64,000 nucleotides of DNA from an uncultured Lentisphaeria bacterium (lineage in GTDB: Bacteria > Fidelibacterota > UBA8477 > JABMPR01). The notes beneath the pieces were generated by a model that ran no database searches, was not told the origin of the DNA, and worked only from the letters and a program-made list of their open reading frames with translations. The translations under genes and the position numbers were made by a program. The DNA lies in the NCBI GenBank assembly GCA_964508765.1, contig CAZDVD010000002.1, positions 20,975-84,974 of the forward strand, read 5' to 3'. This document shows positions 57,689 to 64,000 of this stretch, in pieces (the first letter of the stretch is position 1; each line of letters opens with the position of its first letter).

Positions 57689-59224
57689 ATGACAGATATT
57701 CGAACAGACGAAATCACAAAATTACTCCAGGAAGAACTGGGCAAATTAGACCTCGCCATTGATGTGGCGGAGATAGGTGAAGTCATCATGGTTGGTGACG
57801 GTATTGCCAGAGTCAGTGGACTGGAAAATGTTATGGCCTCAGAGCTGATTGAGCTCCCCAACGGTGTTGTAGGCATGGCTATGAACCTTGAAGAGGATGA
57901 AGTCGGACTGGTTCTATTTGGAAACACATCCCTCGTTAAAGAAGGTGACCAGGTCAAACGTACAGGCAAGGTTGTCTCCGTGGCTGTAGGTGATGCTGTT
58001 ATCGGACGCGTGTTAAGCCCCATTGGTGTTCCCATGGATGGTAAGGGCGAGATTAAGGCCGGAAAATCCTATCCTGTGGAGCGTAAAGCTCTGGGTGTAT
58101 TGGCCAGAAGTCCTGTAAATGAGCCTCTCCAGACGGGTATCAAAGCTATTGACAGTATGATTCCCATCGGTCGTGGCCAGCGTGAGTTGATTATTGGTGA
58201 CCGCCAGACAGGTAAAACAGCTGTAGCGCTTGATACGATTGTGAATCAGAAATATACTCACAGTGCAGACACTCCAGATGATCCAGTATTTTGTATTTAT
58301 GTAGCCATTGGACAGAAAGCCTCTACGGTAGCCCGTGTGGTTGCTGAGCTTGAAGCCCAGGGAGCCATGGAATACACAACTGTAGTGGCTGCCAATGCTT
58401 CCGATCCAGCTCCACTGCAATTTCTAGCACCTTACACTGGTGCTTCAATTGGTGAATATTTCCGCGATAACGGCAAACATGCTCTGATTATCTATGATGA
58501 TCTGTCTAAACATGCTGTGGCCTATCGCCAGATGTCTTTGCTCCTTAGAAGACCTCCAGGTCGTGAAGCCTACCCGGGAGATGTATTCTACCTGCATAGC
58601 CGCCTGTTGGAGCGCTCCTCAAAATTGAATAAAGAGTTAGGTGGTGGTTCACTCACCGCACTCCCCATTATCGAAACTCAGATGGGTGATGTGTCAGCTT
58701 ATATCCCCACCAATGTGATCTCCATTACTGATGGTCAGATCTTTTTGGAAACGGATCTCTTCAATAGTGGACAACGTCCTGCCTTGAATGTTGGTATTTC
58801 GGTATCTCGTGTAGGTGGAAACGCTCAGATCGGCGCCATGAAAAAGGTGGCTGGTGGTATGAGACTTGATCTTGCCCAGTATCGCGAATTGGCTGCTTTT
58901 GCCCAGTTTGGATCTGATCTGGATGCTGAAACTCAAAAACAGCTCACCCGCGGAAAAATTCTCTACGAAGTATTGAAACAAAATCAGTTTGCTCCCATGA
59001 TTGTGGAAAAGCAGATTGCCATCTTCTACGCTGCCTCAAGAGGTTTTCTGGATGACATTGCTCCTGCTGATGTACGTCGTTTTGAGAGTGAATTCCTGAG
59101 CAATATGGAAGCCACAAATTCAGACCTTCTCAAGAAAATTGCCACTGAAGGCAACTTGACTGATGAGATTGATACTGCATTGAACAAGGCAGTATCAGAC
59201 TTTGTTAAAGGGTTTGTAGCCTAA
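57689..59224 (+). CDS. atpA: F0F1 ATP synthase subunit alpha
   Basis: 511 aa with the P-loop [15 protein letters not shown]. Confidence 0.95.
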   Translation: MTDIRTDEITKLLQEELGKLDLAIDVAEIGEVIMVGDGIARVSGLENVMASELIELPNGVVGMAMNLEEDEVGLVLFGNTSLVKEGDQVKRTGKVVSVAVGDAVIGRVLSPIGVPMDGKGEIKAGKSYPVERKALGVLARSPVNEPLQTGIKAIDSMIPIGRGQRELIIGDRQTGKTAVALDTIVNQKYTHSADTPDDPVFCIYVAIGQKASTVARVVAELEAQGAMEYTTVVAANASDPAPLQFLAPYTGASIGEYFRDNGKHALIIYDDLSKHAVAYRQMSLLLRRPPGREAYPGDVFYLHSRLLERSSKLNKELGGGSLTALPIIETQMGDVSAYIPTNVISITDGQIFLETDLFNSGQRPALNVGISVSRVGGNAQIGAMKKVAGGMRLDLAQYRELAAFAQFGSDLDAETQKQLTRGKILYEVLKQNQFAPMIVEKQIAIFYAASRGFLDDIAPADVRRFESEFLSNMEATNSDLLKKIATEGNLTDEIDTALNKAVSDFVKGFVA

Positions 59225-59232
59225 GGATCGCT

Positions 59233-61495
<2,263 letters not shown>

Positions 61496-61501
61496 TTCAA
61501 A

Positions 61502-61909
61502 ATGGCCGAACAATTCCATCTAGAAATCATTACACCCACCAAAGTGTATGATGAGGGCATGGTAGACTACCTGCGCGCTCCAGGTGTAGATGGTGCCTTT
61601 GGTGTACTGTCAGGGCATACAGAGTCCATTATGTCTCTCGCTATTGGTGAAATCAAAGTGGTGAAGGGCTCAGTGGAGACATCCTATGCCTCCACCAAGG
61701 GTTTTGCTGAGATTACAAGAGACGGTGTACAACTCCTCGTGGAGTCTGCTGAACCAAAGGACGATATTGATCTGACACGCGCTCAGGAAGCTTATGATCG
61801 TGCCAAAGATCATCTCAGCAAGAAACAGGATGAGATGGAAGACCAACTGAGAGCGTTAAGAGCGTTGGAACGTTCCATGAATCGACTCAAGGTTGCTGAA
61901 AAAAAATAG
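61502..61909 (+). CDS. atpC: F0F1 ATP synthase subunit epsilon
   Basis: 135 aa with a beta-sandwich plus C-terminal helices, in the conserved position. Confidence 0.9.
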   Translation: MAEQFHLEIITPTKVYDEGMVDYLRAPGVDGAFGVLSGHTESIMSLAIGEIKVVKGSVETSYASTKGFAEITRDGVQLLVESAEPKDDIDLTRAQEAYDRAKDHLSKKQDEMEDQLRALRALERSMNRLKVAEKK

Positions 61910-61925
61910 CATTCTGCCATAGTGC

Positions 61926-61955
61926 TAAGTTTAAATGCCCTGGAAATCCGGGGCA
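61926..61955 (+). terminator. Rho-independent terminator after atp operon
   Basis: aaatGCCCtGGaaatCCgGGGCAttttttatttc. Confidence 0.85.
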
Positions 61956-62236
61956 TTTTTTATTTCTACATCTTTGCAATTTCATACTCCGGAACAGAAT
62001 AGGTTTTAGGTGCAACCGTTCATATTATCTCTAATAATCTGAAACCCAATAGAGCTAAAAGAGATTGAATTTAGGCATGGATTTTCAATCAATTAATGTG
62101 TATTGATCGAAAACCCTAGCACAGTATTTGCTACATAACATAACATGATTAAAGCAATTAATATGGTTCAAAAATCTATGCTTCAGGATTGGGCATCCTG
62201 AGAATCCAATAAAACCATTCATAAGGCGCAGAAACA

Positions 62237-63259
62237 ATGATCATCGGACCCCTAAAAAATGCGATAATGATAACAAACTTCGTGTTTGTAATGATGCTGA
62301 TTGTTGAATATATCAATGTGCAATCCCAGGGTGGATGGGCGCGGATTTTCACTTCTAAGCGCTGGCGACAGTATATTTTTGCCGGCATTCTGGGTGCGCT
62401 TCCCGGGTGCCTGGGGGCCTTTACCGCGACCACACTCTTCGGTCATGGAGTATTAAGTTTTGGAGCCTTGGTCGCTACCATGGTGACAACCAGTGGTGAT
62501 GAGGCTTTTATCATGTTTGCGCTTATCCCTAAAACAGCACTTTTAATTACCGTGGTTTTATTTGCCAGTGCTATTGTCTTGGCTACAATTGTTGATCGCA
62601 TATCAGACCACTATGGAATATTTGGCAGGGGCGAGTACCACGAGCTTCCATTTCATGAAAAGGCAAATTGCGATTGCTTTAATGCCAGAGAGGTAATTCC
62701 ACAGTTACGAGCCTTGACTTTTCATCGTTTCTTAATCATATCTCTGATTCTGGCTCTTCTGATAGCACTCATCACAGGCACCATTGGCCCCCAATCCTGG
62801 GATTGGAAGCGCACAACTTTTTTGTTTGGTGGCCTTATTACCCTGTTCATCGTCTCAACAGTGCCAGACCATTTCTTGCAGGAGCATCTATGGGAACACT
62901 TGATAAAAATTCATCTTCCCAGAATCTTCATGTGGACATTTATGATTCTGCTTGCCTTAAATATTCTGAAGGATTATTGGGCTATCGATAACCTGATAGA
63001 TAATAATTATTACATCGTCTTGCTTTTGGCTGCTCTCGTAGGAATGATCCCTCAATCGGGTCCACACTTTGTGTTCGTGGCACTTTTTCTGGAAGGTAGT
63101 TTGCCTCTCAGTATTCTGATTGCCAGCTCGGCGAGTCAAGATGGTCATGGAACCCTACCTTTGCTGGCCGAGTCAAAAAAAGCCTTCATTTATCTAAAAC
63201 TAATTAACCTGGTTTGGGGCATATTTTTGGGTCTTATTTTTCATAGTCTCGGTCATTGA
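62237..63259 (+). CDS. Putative 10-TM heavy-metal exporter family membrane protein (ArsP_2-like), internal two-fold repeat
   Basis: 340 aa. The N-terminal half (ILGALPGCLGAFTATTLFGHGVLSFGALVATMVTTSGDEAF) is mirrored in the C-terminal half (LLAALVGMIPQSGPHFVFVALFLEGSLPLSILIASSASQDGHG). The family assignment is from memory. Confidence 0.5.
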   Translation: MIIGPLKNAIMITNFVFVMMLIVEYINVQSQGGWARIFTSKRWRQYIFAGILGALPGCLGAFTATTLFGHGVLSFGALVATMVTTSGDEAFIMFALIPKTALLITVVLFASAIVLATIVDRISDHYGIFGRGEYHELPFHEKANCDCFNAREVIPQLRALTFHRFLIISLILALLIALITGTIGPQSWDWKRTTFLFGGLITLFIVSTVPDHFLQEHLWEHLIKIHLPRIFMWTFMILLALNILKDYWAIDNLIDNNYYIVLLLAALVGMIPQSGPHFVFVALFLEGSLPLSILIASSASQDGHGTLPLLAESKKAFIYLKLINLVWGIFLGLIFHSLGH

Positions 63260-63335
63260 TGTTTCTTCCAACAATTGATAGCGACTACCTCAAATATTAT
63301 GTGACTTATAATCTCATAAGAAAAGGAAGCAGAAT

Positions 63336-63737
63336 ATGAAAATTGCCATTCCAGTGGAAGCTGACGGCGAACAAATAGCTGTTCGCATGGGGTACGCTGC
63401 GTCCTTTTCTGTATACATTACTGATACTGGTCAAGTAGAAAAGCTTGGTCTCCATGAAAATATGCATACTCATCACAAACATGGTGAAGGACATCATAAT
63501 GAACATGGCCATCAGCAAGGTATGGATTTAGAAGGAGTAAATGAACATAGACGCAATCTTGGTATTGTTAAAGAATGTGATGCCGTGATAGTAAGAGGAA
63601 TAGGTCCAAGTTTGAAGGGTGCCTTGCAGGCAGAAGGTATTGCTATATACAGGTCAAGGAAAGCCCTGGGCGATATGGCTGATGCAATTATTCAAAATTT
63701 TGCAAGATCACCTGAAAAATTCCAGAAAATTGATTAG
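63336..63737 (+). CDS. NifX/NifB-C-terminal-like (dinitrogenase FeMo-cofactor-binding domain family) protein with His-rich insertion
   Basis: 133 aa with MKIAIPVE...IVRGIGPSLKGALQAEGIAIY framing an insert HENMHTHHKHGEGHHNEHGHQQG. Confidence 0.7.
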   Translation: MKIAIPVEADGEQIAVRMGYAASFSVYITDTGQVEKLGLHENMHTHHKHGEGHHNEHGHQQGMDLEGVNEHRRNLGIVKECDAVIVRGIGPSLKGALQAEGIAIYRSRKALGDMADAIIQNFARSPEKFQKID

Positions 63738-64000
63738 TATTGGCGAATGTAATTCATCCTTTACTTGCCTGTTGATGTCAGATCAGCCAAATGGTCGCTA
63801 CATTTTCAGGATAAGTGAAATATCAGTTCAAATGGGTTGATAGCTTCCGGTAATTTATTAGAATATTCCTCTTAATTAATAAGAATGTAGATCACAAATT
63901 GTGGCGAGAGGAATACTGATTGTTTACAGCAACTAAAAACTTGATAAAATCAAAGCCATGGTATCTTGCACTATATCTTGTAGTTCTGGGATTACTGCTG

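Noticed and set aside
57670-58035. Numerous antisense ORFs of 60-170 aa inside atp, psr, fad, hyp and other conserved genes
   Set aside because: They lie opposite strongly supported genes, have biased low-complexity translations and are typical shadow ORFs.

Overview
This 64 kb window looks like a bacterial chromosome segment, about 45-48% GC by eye. A T9SS C-terminal sorting domain, an Omp28-like lipoprotein and DUF4920/DUF6029-type proteins suggest the FCB group (Bacteroidota/Marinimicrobia/Ignavibacteria/Calditrichota-like). This placement is inference only.

Most of the window is housekeeping. Present are ychF (partial), eno-ftsB, amiC-murI-folC, rho, aspartate aminotransferase, rpmE-DUF1385-prfA, parAB, an M23 peptidase and a bactofilin. 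A complete F-type ATP synthase operon (atpZ/I-B-E-F-H-A-G-D-C) is also present.

Several accessory modules sit between these:
1. Three uncharacterised outer-membrane proteins lie upstream of amiC.
2. A thiol-stress island: ECF sigma, anti-sigma, glutaredoxin, an orphan groES, a CoA-disulfide-reductase/Nox-type flavoprotein, DUF1858, OsmC, a rhodanese and a small GCxSGxC membrane protein.
3. An envelope redox cluster: a T9SS cargo protein, TlpA, a DUF6029-like barrel, an Omp28-like thioredoxin-fold lipoprotein and DUF2231, convergent with a di-heme cytochrome c peroxidase.
4. A TetR-fadE-fadA-fadN beta-oxidation operon with a 28-bp palindromic operator.
5. A hypABFCDE hydrogenase-maturation operon on the minus strand. 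It carries a low-GC Avd-like four-helix-bundle gene flanked by two different microsatellite arrays (9-bp x6, 8-bp x9) between hypF and hypC.
6. A sulfur-respiration locus: a MerR-like regulator with an 8-Cys C-terminal domain translationally coupled to a Psr/Phs-type molybdopterin oxidoreductase (A, B and NrfD-type C subunits), two half-size YeeE/YedE proteins, and a membrane-anchored rhodanese-like protein with Cys-to-Ser in the active-site loop and a poly-Lys-GGC tail.
7. A putative metal module: an ArsP_2-like 10-TM permease plus a His-rich NifX/NifB-like protein.

There are no CRISPR arrays, rRNA or tRNA genes, and no convincing transposase or integrase.
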